Assembly: GCA_964504845.1 (NCBI GenBank)
Contig: CAZDGR010000004.1
Location: 1-38,194 of the forward strand
From: an uncultured Rhizobium sp.
Lineage (GTDB): Bacteria; Pseudomonadota; Alphaproteobacteria; SHVZ01
Direction of reading: 5' to 3'
DNA: 38,194 bases
Shown here: one piece after another, positions 37,041 through 38,194 of the stretch
Layout of the letters: each line of letters opens with the position of its first letter
Position numbering within the stretch: the first letter of the stretch is position 1
Program-made: the position numbers and the translations under genes
Notes under the pieces: model-generated
Databases searched by the model: none
What the model was told of the DNA's origin: nothing
The model's input: only the letters and a program-made list of their open reading frames with translations

Positions 37041-38018
37041 TCACGTTGTCTTCGCCAGCACCAACCGCGCCTGCCCTTGCAGATAGGACTTGGTGGCTGG
37101 TACAGCTGGCAACGACGGATGAATGGTGAGTCCCCGCGCGGAGACGTCAACCTTGGCGCCGTCATAAACCGCAAGCACGTCCGGTAGGATTGCTTTCACG
37201 CGATAGGCGAAGGCCGCGGTCGCCTGGTATGCCGCCCCGAACTGCTGTGCCAGCACCGACCACGGGATTTCGATTGACCGCGACAGCCGCGGCAGCCGAT
37301 GCGCGAGCCAGACATAGAGGTCGAGGCAGAGCGGCGAACCCTTGAGATAGGCGATCGCCCGTGGATCCAGTGGTACCGCGTGATTGCGCAGGTGCTCGTA
37401 GAATTGCGGCGTGAGAACAATGGCCTTCGGGAAGAACGTTCCTTCGTCGGCAGCCCAGAGATGCAACCCGCCCTCTACCAGTTGCTGGTCGTGAATGACC
37501 GACTCTTGGGTTTCGGTGTGATCCCACTGGAAGGTGAAGGAGCATCGAGAGATGCGCAGCGCCTGCTCTCGGATAGCCCTGATGCTGCCGCGTTCGCCGC
37601 CGGTTACCGGAATCCCGAGGCTGCGGATCCACGCCGTCATTGACTTGCCGAGGCTGATGGAGCGCGACTTGATGCCTTCGGTCATCAGGTAGACCAGGAT
37701 CAGCCGGGCCTTGGCGCCGTAAGGGACACCGACCACGCGCATCTGGCCGTCGGTGACGATAGCGCCAGGCGTGATGATCAGGTGGAACTTGCCGTTGGAC
37801 CGGATCCAGCGGGACTCGTCGTTCTCCGGGCGCATGTGAGGCAGGCCGGCAAGGCAGAAGCCCGAATGGAGGTAGGAGATGTCCTCCTCGATCGAACTCA
37901 TGATCTCGTGCGCGGCTTCCAGCCGCCGAAGCTCGCGGCGCGGTGCTGACTGGCTCTCGGCTTCCCTGAGAAGCTGCTTGAAGCCCTTGAGCAGAAGCTG
38001 GTTGTGAATCTCGGCCAT
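37041..38018 (-). CDS. repA: Plasmid replication initiator protein RepA (RepA_C-like)
   Basis: YLHSGFCLAGLPH, GVPYGAKARLIL, ISLGKSMTAWI, TGGERGSI, HAVPLD, LDLYVWLAHRL and IPWSVLAQQFG. ATG 38018 is the likely start. Confidence 0.88.
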   Translation of the reverse strand: MAEIHNQLLLKGFKQLLREAESQSAPRRELRRLEAAHEIMSSIEEDISYLHSGFCLAGLPHMRPENDESRWIRSNGKFHLIITPGAIVTDGQMRVVGVPYGAKARLILVYLMTEGIKSRSISLGKSMTAWIRSLGIPVTGGERGSIRAIREQALRISRCSFTFQWDHTETQESVIHDQQLVEGGLHLWAADEGTFFPKAIVLTPQFYEHLRNHAVPLDPRAIAYLKGSPLCLDLYVWLAHRLPRLSRSIEIPWSVLAQQFGAAYQATAAFAYRVKAILPDVLAVYDGAKVDVSARGLTIHPSLPAVPATKSYLQGQARLVLAKTT

Positions 38019-38194
38019 TTCCGGGGATGTCGGTGAATGCGGGCGCACACTATCAGCGGGCTCGGCGTGCGGCCAAGGATAGCGGCGGGCACTTCGGCCC
38101 TTATCCTCGCGATCCTTTCTATGGCGCGTTGAATCTCTGAGAGGCTGTCGGCGCCTATATCCGAATACAAGGTTCTTATAGAGGTATAGAGCTT

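Noticed and set aside
1-38194. CRISPR arrays, tRNA/rRNA genes, IS elements
   Set aside because: No repeat-spacer periodicity, RNA-gene signatures or transposase motifs were seen. The recurring RRALALxP-type sequences are TPR coding repeats.

Overview
High-GC, alphaproteobacterial-looking (Rhodospirillales-like by gene content; inference) window that reads as part of a plasmid or chromid. Backbone genes: RepA-type replication initiator (37041-38018), type Ib ParA plus RHH ParG-like partition pair, and a DUF1612/HTH gene divergent from a Cre/IntA-like tyrosine recombinase. Between the last two lies a loxP-geometry site (13-bp arms, 8-bp spacer, 7671-7704). Almost everything else is a dense glycosylation island: six TPR + GT41 (OGT/SPINDLY-like) transferases, two intact and one pseudogenised TPR + GT9-like transferases, three GT4-like GT-B enzymes, one complete and probably a second partial Maf (DUF115) flagellin-type glycosyltransferase, a PseA/WbuX-HisH2-HisF2 sugar amidotransferase module with a GNAT acetyltransferase, a Gfo/Idh/MocA oxidoreductase, two DUF6165/DUF4254-like helical proteins and a secreted Sel1-repeat protein. 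A divergent, full-length SecA paralog is co-oriented with a run of TPR-glycosyltransferases. No Wzx/Wzy/ABC exporter or priming transferase is visible. The best hypothesis is a mobile protein-glycosylation plus accessory-SecA export system in a Gram-negative bacterium. All assignments come from motif recognition by eye; no database searches were run.
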